Below are positions 55,217 to 64,000 of a stretch of DNA of 64,000 nt, piece after piece. The stretch spans positions 960,426-1,024,425 of the forward strand of contig KV454011.1 of assembly GCA_001661245.1 (NCBI GenBank). The letters are read 5' to 3'. The translations under genes were made by a program, and so were the position numbers. The first letter of the stretch is position 1. Each line of letters starts with the position of its first letter. The stretch comes from Pachysolen tannophilus NRRL Y-2460. Its lineage: Eukaryota. The notes beneath the pieces are model-generated. The model did not search any database and had not been told where the DNA came from. It saw nothing but the letters and a program-made list of their open reading frames with translations.

Positions 55217-56887
55217 TTATTTATTCTCTTCTTTTCTTTTCTTTGATGATTGTATCATTTCTCTATGTTTTCTCTTTTTCTCTTTAACAATTTTTGGAAC
55301 AGTACTAATTTCTTTTCTACTTACAGGTTTACCTTTAATCAAGTTTTTCTCCTTCTTAGTTATCTTTCCTAAATTTTCCATCCAATTGCCAAACCCATCA
55401 TTACAACCAGATTGTTTCATCACATTAATAACAGGTTTAATGGCAATAGAATCTTCCTTTGTGAAAAATGTAACAGATTTACCTGATTTACCAGCTCTAC
55501 CAGTTCTACCAATTCTATGAACATATGCTTGAGCAGATTGAGGAACATCATAGTTAATAACCATATTTACACCTTTAAAATCAATACCTCTTGCCAAGAC
55601 ATCAGTACAAATAAGAACCCAAACATTTCCTAATTTGAAATTTTCTATAACTTTTTCACGTTGAGTTTGAGTTCTTTCTGCATGAATTACATCAACATTT
55701 AATTTATCATAAAGTAATTCATGGAATAAAGCTTTTGCTCTTGTAATTGATTGAAGAAAAATAATAATTGGAGGTTTAAATTCACCATTTTGAATCATTT
55801 GTCTAATAGCAATAAGTTTACCTTCTTCATTCCCACAATAAACTAATTTTTGTTCAATTTGTGAATTTGCTGCTTCTTTATGTCCAATTATAACCCTTAC
55901 TGGTGAATTCATTATTGAATTTGCAGTTTCTTCAACACCTGAAGGTATTGTTGCAGAAAACATGGATTTAACTAATTTAGAATTAGTACATTGTGATAAG
56001 ATATCATCAGTTTGTTCCAAGAAACCTTGATCAAATAATTTATCTGCTTCGTCAAATATTAATCTTTCAACTCTTGTTAAATCTAAAGAACCTATTTTAA
56101 CAACATCAATCAATCTTAAAGGTGTCGAAATTAAAATATCAAATTTTGAACTTTGAATTATTTGATTTTTAATCTTAGTAGCCAAATGTTTTGATAATAT
56201 TCCAATTTTTAAATTTTTTCTCTTATTTAATTTATTTAATTCATTAAATAATTGTTGTGCTAATTCTTTTGTTGGAGAAATTATTAAACCTCTTATCCCA
56301 TAATTCTTCTTATTATGAGATAATTGCTGCATCAAAGGTATTAAAAATGCTAAACTCTTACCAGAACCCGTTGGAGCACATGCAATCAAGTCTCTATCAT
56401 ATAACGATATTGGTATAGCTTCAGATTGTATTGGTGTTGGTTCTGTAAAACCAAATTCTATTAAATTTTCAAGTAATCTCTTATCTAATTGAAAACGACT
56501 TATTAAATCTTCAAATGACCCAATTGGTAATGGAACATCATCACCTGTAACTTTGCATTTATAAGATTTTCTTAAAAAATTTGCTTCTTCTTGTGTAGTT
56601 ATTTTTGGTTGTAATTGTGATATAGACTGATCATCATCAACATTAAAATTGATTTCTTGCCCTTTACCCTCCTTGCTACTAGAATCACCAAAATTTTCTT
56701 CCTCTTTTAAAACCACCTTCTTCCTAGTACGGAAAAAATCAGTTTCCTTTTTAATCTGTTTCTCCAAGTCACCATCTTTCCTTATTGAATTCAAATTCAC
56801 AAGTGGTTTCGATAATGCATAATCAGCATTTACATCCTTAACTTTTTTCAATGAAGCACCTCTTGCCAATACTCGAAAAATATCCAT
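55217..56887 (-). CDS. ROK1: DEAD-box RNA helicase for 18S rRNA processing
   Basis: Start [11 protein letters not shown]; motifs [35 protein letters not shown] and [10 protein letters not shown]. Confidence 0.96.
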   Translation of the reverse strand: MDIFRVLARGASLKKVKDVNADYALSKPLVNLNSIRKDGDLEKQIKKETDFFRTRKKVVLKEEENFGDSSSKEGKGQEINFNVDDDQSISQLQPKITTQEEANFLRKSYKCKVTGDDVPLPIGSFEDLISRFQLDKRLLENLIEFGFTEPTPIQSEAIPISLYDRDLIACAPTGSGKSLAFLIPLMQQLSHNKKNYGIRGLIISPTKELAQQLFNELNKLNKRKNLKIGILSKHLATKIKNQIIQSSKFDILISTPLRLIDVVKIGSLDLTRVERLIFDEADKLFDQGFLEQTDDILSQCTNSKLVKSMFSATIPSGVEETANSIMNSPVRVIIGHKEAANSQIEQKLVYCGNEEGKLIAIRQMIQNGEFKPPIIIFLQSITRAKALFHELLYDKLNVDVIHAERTQTQREKVIENFKLGNVWVLICTDVLARGIDFKGVNMVINYDVPQSAQAYVHRIGRTGRAGKSGKSVTFFTKEDSIAIKPVINVMKQSGCNDGFGNWMENLGKITKKEKNLIKGKPVSRKEISTVPKIVKEKKRKHREMIQSSKKRKEENK

Positions 56888-57041
56888 TTTTGAAAACTTC
56901 CACTAATTAACTAATATCAAAAAAAAAGAAATCCTTACACTCCTATAAAGATAACCTTTACTTCTTTTCTTTACCTATACCTAGTAGTAATTATTTTAAA
57001 TATCAATTAAATCATATTCAAATAATAAGAAAAAGTCAATC

Positions 57042-57082
57042 TGAAAATTTTTTTATTTCATAAAACTTGGTCGTGCGATGAG
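57042..57082. promoter_or_regulatory. RRPE and PAC elements upstream of ROK1
   Basis: TGAAAATTTT at 57042 and GCGATGAG at 57075, the classic ribosome-biogenesis promoter pair. Confidence 0.8.
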
Positions 57083-57309
57083 CTCAAAATTTAGATGCAT
57101 CGTAACCATGGTGATAAACTTAGTAAAGAAGGAAAGAAGAACAAGAACAACGACAACGACAACGACAACGACGATAACAGCTACTAATTATCAAATGGTT
57201 AGTTTCATTAATCAAGTAAGTTTAATAACTATAAAGAAAATAAAAAAAAAAAAAAAAGCTAGATATAAAAAATAATAAGCAATGGCAATGAAATAGCATA
57301 AAAATTATA

Positions 57310-57339
<30 letters not shown>

Positions 57340-57351
<12 letters not shown>

Positions 57352-58284
57352 GTAAAGTTCAATGAGTTTATTTACTACTGTAACCATCATAGAATCCTTC
57401 GATTATAGCGTATAATCCAAGAGCACCTGGATCTGGTAAACCGCCTTCTCTTCTAAGTTCTTTTTCATCGACATATGAAGCTCTACCAAATTTAGCTTTC
57501 ATATTTTTTGTACTTTCTGCTCCTATTCTTGCAGCATGTTTAGCTTTAGCGAAATCACCATTTGTATCATAAAAAGTATCGATAAATGGTTGCAAAGTAT
57601 CAATAATTGTTCTATCACCTATTCTTGCTCTTGTATATTTGAATAATGAGTTGAGAGCTTGTTTCAAGGCTTCTTGCATACTTCCATCATCATTTGAATG
57701 TCTTAAAGAATGTGCTAAACTTGAAATGAAAATTGAATATAATCCACCAGAAGTACCACCCATATTACTTTCAACTATATCTGTAATTTGAACTAAAGAT
57801 TGAACAATATCTTCAGTTTCTAAAGATTTGTCAGCAATTGCTTTTAAAATTGCATTAGCACCACTTGCTAAAGTTTCTCCACAATCTCCATCACCAGTTA
57901 TAGTATCATAATGTGTGAGTTCAGATTCAACTTCCAATACAGCTTTCATACCTGATTTTAAGATTCTAATGTATGAATCAGGATTAACTTTTTTATTTGA
58001 TTTAGCATTATCATAATGGAATGGTGTTGCCTTTACGAAAATTTCTTCATCTTTTCTCTTTGGATCCCAAGAAGTGAAATGAGAATTCCATGCAGGAGCA
58101 TCAGTAGGCAGGTCCAATAATTCTAGTACTTCATCACCTCCAGCCTGGGTTGCATTCAATAAAGTAATGCTAAAACCATCACCATTTAAAGAAGTTGTGA
58201 AATGGCCACAATAAACTCTAACTGGTTTAATTTTATAACTTGAACTTAAATGATCAAGTATAGTTTTACAAATTGTATACATTT
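57340..58284. repeat. Copy of the DAK 3' half (matches about 58410-59354, offset 1070); probable assembly artefact
   Basis: Apparently identical sequence on both sides of the N gap at 58285-58389, each copy starting at the same poly(A) tract. Confidence 0.9.
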
Positions 58285-58437
58285 NNNNNNNNNNNNNNNN
58301 NNNNNNNNNNNNNNNNNNNNNNNNNNNNNNNNNNNNNNNNNNNNNNNNNNNNNNNNNNNNNNNNNNNNNNNNNNNNNNNNNNNNNNNNNAAAAATAAAAA
58401 AAAAAAAAAAAAAAAAAAAGTGTAAAGTTCAATGAGT

Positions 58438-60204
58438 TTATTTACTACTGTAACCATCATAGAATCCTTCGATTATAGCGTATAATCCAAGAGCACCTGG
58501 ATCTGGTAAACCGCCTTCTCTTCTAAGTTCTTTTTCATCGACATATGAAGCTCTACCAAATTTAGCTTTCATATTTTTTGTACTTTCTGCTCCTATTCTT
58601 GCAGCATGTTTAGCTTTAGCGAAATCACCATTTGTATCATAAAAAGTATCGATAAATGGTTGCAAAGTATCAATAATTGTTCTATCACCTATTCTTGCTC
58701 TTGTATATTTGAATAATGAGTTGAGAGCTTGTTTCAAGGCTTCTTGCATACTTCCATCATCATTTGAATGTCTTAAAGAATGTGCTAAACTTGAAATGAA
58801 AATTGAATATAATCCACCAGAAGTACCACCCATATTACTTTCAACTATATCTGTAATTTGAACTAAAGATTGAACAATATCTTCAGTTTCTAAAGATTTG
58901 TCAGCAATTGCTTTTAAAATTGCATTAGCACCACTTGCTAAAGTTTCTCCACAATCTCCATCACCAGTTATAGTATCATAATGTGTGAGTTCAGATTCAA
59001 CTTCCAATACAGCTTTCATACCTGATTTTAAGATTCTAATGTATGAATCAGGATTAACTTTTTTATTTGATTTAGCATTATCATAATGGAATGGTGTTGC
59101 CTTTACGAAAATTTCTTCATCTTTTCTCTTTGGATCCCAAGAAGTGAAATGAGAATTCCATGCAGGAGCATCAGTAGGCAGGTCCAATAATTCTAGTACT
59201 TCATCACCTCCAGCCTGGGTTGCATTCAATAAAGTAATGCTAAAACCATCACCATTTAAAGAAGTTGTGAAATGGCCACAATAAACTCTAACTGGTTTAA
59301 TTTTATAACTTGAACTTAAATGATCAAGTATAGTTTTACAAATTGTATACATTTCCAAATTACTAGTACCACCTAAATTATTGACCAATAATACAACATC
59401 ATCTTTACTGGAATCAAATGAAACATAATGCCTATCTTCATCATCTGGAGATAACAAATAAGTTAATAATAAAGAAATTAATTCATTAATAGTTGGGATT
59501 GGTGAGATTCTTCTAACACCGGCTTCATTATGAATACCCATACCAATTTCAATTTCATCTTTACCCAAGAGATCAATGGTATCATCAATATCTCTACCTG
59601 GGATAAGACAATGATCTAAACTAGCACCAATGGTAACAAGATTTTTCACAACTTTTCTACCAACACTTGCAACTTCTTTTAAATGTGAACCTTGAGCAGC
59701 CTTGGCACCCAAGACTTTATGAACCAATGCAGTCCCTGCTAAACCTCTTCTTCCAACCAACCCGTTCTTAGTCTTACCAACACTAACATCATCACCAACT
59801 AAAATCAATTCAATATTTGAATAACCTTCTGCTTTTGCTCTTTCAACAGCTAAACCAAAATGTAATACATCCCCTGTATAATTCTTAACGATAACTACAG
59901 TTCCAGCCTTGGATTCCTTTGCTCTAATACCCGCCAAGATTTGCTTAGTGGAAGGAGAAGCAAAAGTACTACCTGCAACTGCAACATCCAACAAACCATT
60001 CCCAACAAATCCAGCATGAAGCGGTTCATGACCAGAACCACCACCAGCTAATAACATCACTTTATCCTCCGAGGACTCGGCATTATAGCAGACTCTTTCA
60101 TCTAGAATACATCTCAATAAAGGATTGGTTCTAGTTAAACCAATCAAATTAGACAAGACAATATCTTCATCTCCGTAATTCCATTGCTTTGTAGAAGGCG
60201 CCAT
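58438..60204 (-). CDS. DAK1: Dihydroxyacetone kinase (DhaK-DhaL fusion)
   Basis: Motifs GGGSGHEP, FASPS, VKNYTGD, GRRGLAG, GMGIHNE, GDGDCG, MGGTSGGLY, GRASYV and PDPGA. Confidence 0.95.
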   Translation of the reverse strand: MAPSTKQWNYGDEDIVLSNLIGLTRTNPLLRCILDERVCYNAESSEDKVMLLAGGGSGHEPLHAGFVGNGLLDVAVAGSTFASPSTKQILAGIRAKESKAGTVVIVKNYTGDVLHFGLAVERAKAEGYSNIELILVGDDVSVGKTKNGLVGRRGLAGTALVHKVLGAKAAQGSHLKEVASVGRKVVKNLVTIGASLDHCLIPGRDIDDTIDLLGKDEIEIGMGIHNEAGVRRISPIPTINELISLLLTYLLSPDDEDRHYVSFDSSKDDVVLLVNNLGGTSNLEMYTICKTILDHLSSSYKIKPVRVYCGHFTTSLNGDGFSITLLNATQAGGDEVLELLDLPTDAPAWNSHFTSWDPKRKDEEIFVKATPFHYDNAKSNKKVNPDSYIRILKSGMKAVLEVESELTHYDTITGDGDCGETLASGANAILKAIADKSLETEDIVQSLVQITDIVESNMGGTSGGLYSIFISSLAHSLRHSNDDGSMQEALKQALNSLFKYTRARIGDRTIIDTLQPFIDTFYDTNGDFAKAKHAARIGAESTKNMKAKFGRASYVDEKELRREGGLPDPGALGLYAIIEGFYDGYSSK

Positions 60205-60552
60205 TTTGCAAATTTAAAGAAAAAAAAAAAAAGAATTCAATTCCAATAGGGTGATGAATCAATGATTTATAAATATAAATATATATATATATTTATAGAT
60301 AGAAAGATAGATAGATAGATAGAAGATTTTATAACCGCCGTTAAATTAAATTGAATTGAATTGAATTAAATTTAACTATATACAAACAAATATTATATGA
60401 AAAGAAATCAAAAAGATATCAACGCATCTATATATATTTGCGCACTAATTTTGTAATTGGACTGGGTTGCATAATGAATGATCTTTTTTGCTTGCAGAAT
60501 ACAGAGAGATCCGACAACAAGAGCCGGTAACCGACACGGTTGCATCGACACG

Positions 60553-60606
60553 TTTTGTGGGGGAGATGACAGTAGCTACATCTAACGATTTTACTATTTT
60601 GCGGAG
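60553..60606 (+). promoter_or_regulatory. Two Mig1/CreA-type glucose-repression sites upstream of DAK
   Basis: TTTT-GTGGGG (60557) and TATTTT-GCGGAG (60601) match SYGGRG with a 5' AT box. Confidence 0.45.
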
Positions 60607-60876
60607 ATCTAGAGCGCCATTGAGTAAGTGAGTAAGTGATTGAGCGGATCAGGCCATTGGAAACCGGCGATTGGCGATTAGCGATAGATAGTTGCGTCAA
60701 TTAATCGATTAAATCAATTAATAAGAGGGAATCTGGAAGATTAAAAATAGGTTCAGGTTTTATTTGTTGCCTTTAATTATGGGCAAGATATTATTATTTA
60801 ACCATATATGTATATTAAAAATATATATATATATATATATATATGTTATATACCATAAGATGCCGTATTTACAATA

Positions 60877-63363
60877 TTAGTTCAATTGTTTCGAAGTCCT
60901 TTTGACAATCTTTAAGATTATGCGTAACCATTTAACAGTCTCATCAAAGTCGAGGTCTTCAATTGCCTCATTTAAGCCTGGTAAAGTTTTAGGTTCGTAG
61001 CCAATGTACCTGTCACTGGCAAGAACGATATGCCTAAACCAAGGTCTATCTTTTAAACCGGGATAATATAAAAAGTTTCTATCGAAATATTGTAATTTCT
61101 TATTAATTCCTTTGATGATAAAATATAGCTTAATTTTTTTCCAAAATGGAAGGTTCGGATTTTCCAGTTGAGCTTCATAAAAACTGGCTTCATTATCAAA
61201 AGAATAAGCAATTGAATTGAATTTGACAATAGATTTCTCAAGTTTCTTTATCAATTTAGATAGTTTTAAAATCTTGTGAGTTTTATCAAGATTACTGTTT
61301 TCATCTACCTGTTTTCCTTTCTTATGGCATTTTGAAATTGATATCAAATTGTTACTACTTGAATATGTGTTTTTAGTAATTTCATCAAGTTTATCATTTT
61401 CTTGCAAATCATCTTTTAAAGATAGCATGATTTGTCTATCTTTCCAATCTTCGGGAATTTTATCAATAGCTTCATCGTAATAATGTTTCAATTTCTCGGT
61501 ATAATCACTCAATCTGAAACCAAGAACTGGTCTTTCAGATAATTGTAAAATGATTGAACCAAGATATTTAGCCATCAAGTTATGATAAACAAAATCTGGG
61601 TCACCGAAATTGGACATCCAGTAAAAAGAATCATAATTTGAATGATAATGATAAATTGAATCAGTGGATCTACGTGCAAACATCATATCAAGTGATGGAA
61701 TACCTAATCTCTCTTGGAAAACGTCGAAATCTGAACAAGCACCTAAATCATGAATAATATCACCCGATTCTTTGACAAAATGTTCATATAAAGTACCACC
61801 TTCTGGATAAGGTAAGTTCTTGGAAACATCTCTAATGAGATTATTTAACAATGGAGAAGAGCTAATGGTCAAGAGAGAACCAATTGCACCAATATCCAAG
61901 TTCAAATAAGCAACAACTTTTTTCTGTAAATCTTTTTCCAAGTATTCGCCAAATTCAGTTGATCCCGATAAACCATATTCTTCACCATCCCATGAAGCAA
62001 ACATTATTGTTCTTTCAGGTTTCCAACCAATTTTCAACAATTCGTTAAAACCACGAATGATCTCAATCATGACGGAACTACCAGAATTGGGATCACCAGC
62101 ACCACCTTTTGTCCAAGAGTCCCTATGGTTTCCCAAGATAATAATCTCATCCTTCTTGTTTCCAACAATAGTTCCATAAACATTCCATAAAGGTGTAATA
62201 TTATAGATTTGATCACTGTACAAATTTAACTTAAAATTAGGATTAGGACCAACATAATAATCATAATCAGGTAAAGCTCCAACCCAATCTTCACCACCAA
62301 TTTTTTTTGATCTTATACCATGACCATTTAATTTGGATAAAATTGGTTTGATCTCTCTATAGCTGATAGTTAATACTGGAATTTCACCAATGGCACCATG
62401 AGGATCTTCTCTTTCAATATTATCACCTTTTGATGGGAAGCCTGGAGTAGTTGGATCACCCGGCTGAAAGGTGATAAATTGAACCGAGCCTCTTTGAACA
62501 CTACTAGGGTTTCTTGCAGGTCCATCGGGGTAAGTTTTATACCCATTCTCAGGAGTTATACCATTATCATCACCAGGATCTAAATAAAGTAACATACCAA
62601 TAGCACCTGCTTCCTGAGCAAATTTTACCTTTAAACCACGAAATATGGCCCCATATCTTGCTATAGTAATTTTACCCTTAACATCAACACCTTGAGACAG
62701 TAATAATTCAAAATCTTTCTTAGTACCATAATTGACATAAACATATTCCGCGGTAACGTTACCGTTTGCACCATATACCAAGAAAGTTGGAACTAATCCT
62801 TCTCCCGTAGTAGTTACATCTTGTTCCAATTGGTCTTCCTTCAAAGAAGGCTTATAAACCACTTCATCAACCTCTTTATCACTCTTAGTAGTTTTAATCA
62901 ATTTTAAAGATTGCTCATTTGGATAGCTGACGTAAACGTCATAATCATCAATTTCAGTTTGTAAGCCATATTCTTTAAATTTTTTCTCAGTCCATTCAAC
63001 AAGACCATAATTAGTTCCCAGTAAATGAGGTTCACTAGTATATTTCTGAGACCAATTACCACTTAAATTAGTTTCCAATGCTTTTAAGAAAGTATCAAAT
63101 AATAAATCTTTATCTAAGTTGGAACTAGTAATATGATTAACTGAATTGCCTTTACCTTTAATCAAATTGGTAACAAAATTTTTATTACAATTGCAAGAAC
63201 CAAGACCAAAAAAAATTGGAGAAACCCAATGAAATTGACTGATAATTAAAAATGCCAATGAAAGGCCAATAACTAATTTTGAAATTAAGATTCTCTTCTT
63301 CAGTGAGAAAGAGTTCTTACTGTCTTCACCCGACAATGAGTAATACGGAAATTTTTCATTCAT
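60877..63363 (-). CDS. M28B glutamate carboxypeptidase II / transferrin-receptor-like type II membrane protein (Vps70/Tre family)
   Basis: N-terminal TM helix, PA domain (YVNYG, ARYGAIFRGLKV), zinc/catalytic motifs GNHRDSW, GAGDPNSG, WDGEEYG, YLNLD and YHYHS, then a TfR dimerisation domain. First ATG is at 63363. Confidence 0.92.
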   Translation of the reverse strand: MNEKFPYYSLSGEDSKNSFSLKKRILISKLVIGLSLAFLIISQFHWVSPIFFGLGSCNCNKNFVTNLIKGKGNSVNHITSSNLDKDLLFDTFLKALETNLSGNWSQKYTSEPHLLGTNYGLVEWTEKKFKEYGLQTEIDDYDVYVSYPNEQSLKLIKTTKSDKEVDEVVYKPSLKEDQLEQDVTTTGEGLVPTFLVYGANGNVTAEYVYVNYGTKKDFELLLSQGVDVKGKITIARYGAIFRGLKVKFAQEAGAIGMLLYLDPGDDNGITPENGYKTYPDGPARNPSSVQRGSVQFITFQPGDPTTPGFPSKGDNIEREDPHGAIGEIPVLTISYREIKPILSKLNGHGIRSKKIGGEDWVGALPDYDYYVGPNPNFKLNLYSDQIYNITPLWNVYGTIVGNKKDEIIILGNHRDSWTKGGAGDPNSGSSVMIEIIRGFNELLKIGWKPERTIMFASWDGEEYGLSGSTEFGEYLEKDLQKKVVAYLNLDIGAIGSLLTISSSPLLNNLIRDVSKNLPYPEGGTLYEHFVKESGDIIHDLGACSDFDVFQERLGIPSLDMMFARRSTDSIYHYHSNYDSFYWMSNFGDPDFVYHNLMAKYLGSIILQLSERPVLGFRLSDYTEKLKHYYDEAIDKIPEDWKDRQIMLSLKDDLQENDKLDEITKNTYSSSNNLISISKCHKKGKQVDENSNLDKTHKILKLSKLIKKLEKSIVKFNSIAYSFDNEASFYEAQLENPNLPFWKKIKLYFIIKGINKKLQYFDRNFLYYPGLKDRPWFRHIVLASDRYIGYEPKTLPGLNEAIEDLDFDETVKWLRIILKIVKRTSKQLN

Positions 63364-63868
63364 TTTGTTCAATATCAACTATTGAATTAAAAAATAACCA
63401 ACAAGCCATCGGATGGAAATGATATTCAGGTTAAATAGTGTATTTCAAAATCAAGATGGGGTGATAAGCTACTATTGTCGTTTCCGCTAAAGATTTGTCT
63501 GCAATTTCTTTTAATGTAATATGCAACTCGGATTTAAAAGCTCCAGCCGCACGAGTTCAAAACTAATAAATCCAAAGAAAGCTTTAACAACCAACATTTT
63601 TTACAATTCAATCAAAATAAAAAGTACAAATTAAAACAAGAATAGAAAGGAAATAAACAAACAAAATAATAATAAGAAAAATGCAGTCTGTAAACTGTTA
63701 GGTACATCAAAGTATTATAGGAACAATATGAAATGAAAACAAAAATAGTAAAAAGATAAAAAAAAAAATAAATTAACAAACTACTAGTTTTTCTTTTTTC
63801 CATATTTTAAAAAAAATCCTTCTATGAATGAAAAATTCATATAGTCTATTTATACTTATACTCTAGTT

Positions 63869-64000
63869 TTATTGTTTTAATCTAGCATCCAACACTTCAA
63901 TTTCTTGTTTCAAACTAGCTTCCTCAACCGACTTTACTAATTCTTTAGTACTCTTGGCCACATCAAATGCAATACCTGCTAATCTTTGTTTGAAATTTTT
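63869..64000 (-). CDS. SPA2: C-terminus of polarisome scaffold Spa2 (gene continues beyond the window; missing from the ORF track)
   Basis: Manual translation gives KNFKQRLAGIAFDVAKSTKELVKSVEEASLKQEIEVLDARLKQ*, matching the conserved Spa2 C-terminal domain. Confidence 0.92.
   Translation of the reverse strand, partial: KNFKQRLAGIAFDVAKSTKELVKSVEEASLKQEIEVLDARLKQ

Noticed and set aside
57340..58432. Apparent tandem second DAK gene (track ORF 57368..58432)
   Set aside because: It appears base-identical to 58410-59354, is cut off exactly at an N gap, and starts at the same poly(A). This is the signature of overlapping contig ends. Read depth or long reads would settle it.
59179..59181. CUG-Ser (Candida-type) code as the explanation for the CTG pattern
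   Set aside because: The two most conserved sites (DAK LLDAP, M28B PHLAG) favour Ala. Ser fits only the more variable sites and is not formally excluded without an alignment.

Overview
A very AT-rich, gene-dense segment of a budding-yeast (Saccharomycotina) nuclear scaffold with about 30 protein-coding genes, one tRNA-His gene, at least six reconstructable spliceosomal introns and three N gaps flanked by poly(A). In-frame CTG codons fall at positions that are Ala in homologues (DAK LLD[CTG]PTD, M28B peptidase PHL[CTG]GT), so the organism most likely uses the CUG-Ala code known from Pachysolen and its relatives; the supplied ORF track mistranslates these codons as Leu. Gene content follows ancestral yeast synteny (MSS116-CBS2-RKM2-CAB5, CDD1-VPS34-SLY1-COQ4-RAV2-SPC19-MAP1, DPH6/ACF2/PUT1/SLX4, RLF2-ATP20). 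The most interesting leads are: a gene at the CBS2 locus that keeps a full set of ketopantoate-reductase motifs; a CAC1/RLF2 gene split at an A-AAA-AAG heptamer; an RPL6 promoter with a Tbf1 palindrome, a Rap1-like site and a 10-bp tandem array; a CZF1 orthologue with a 3.6-kb upstream region; a possible solo LTR; and several orphan ORFs. All homology calls come from recalled motifs, not from database searches. I see no clearly novel multi-gene system.
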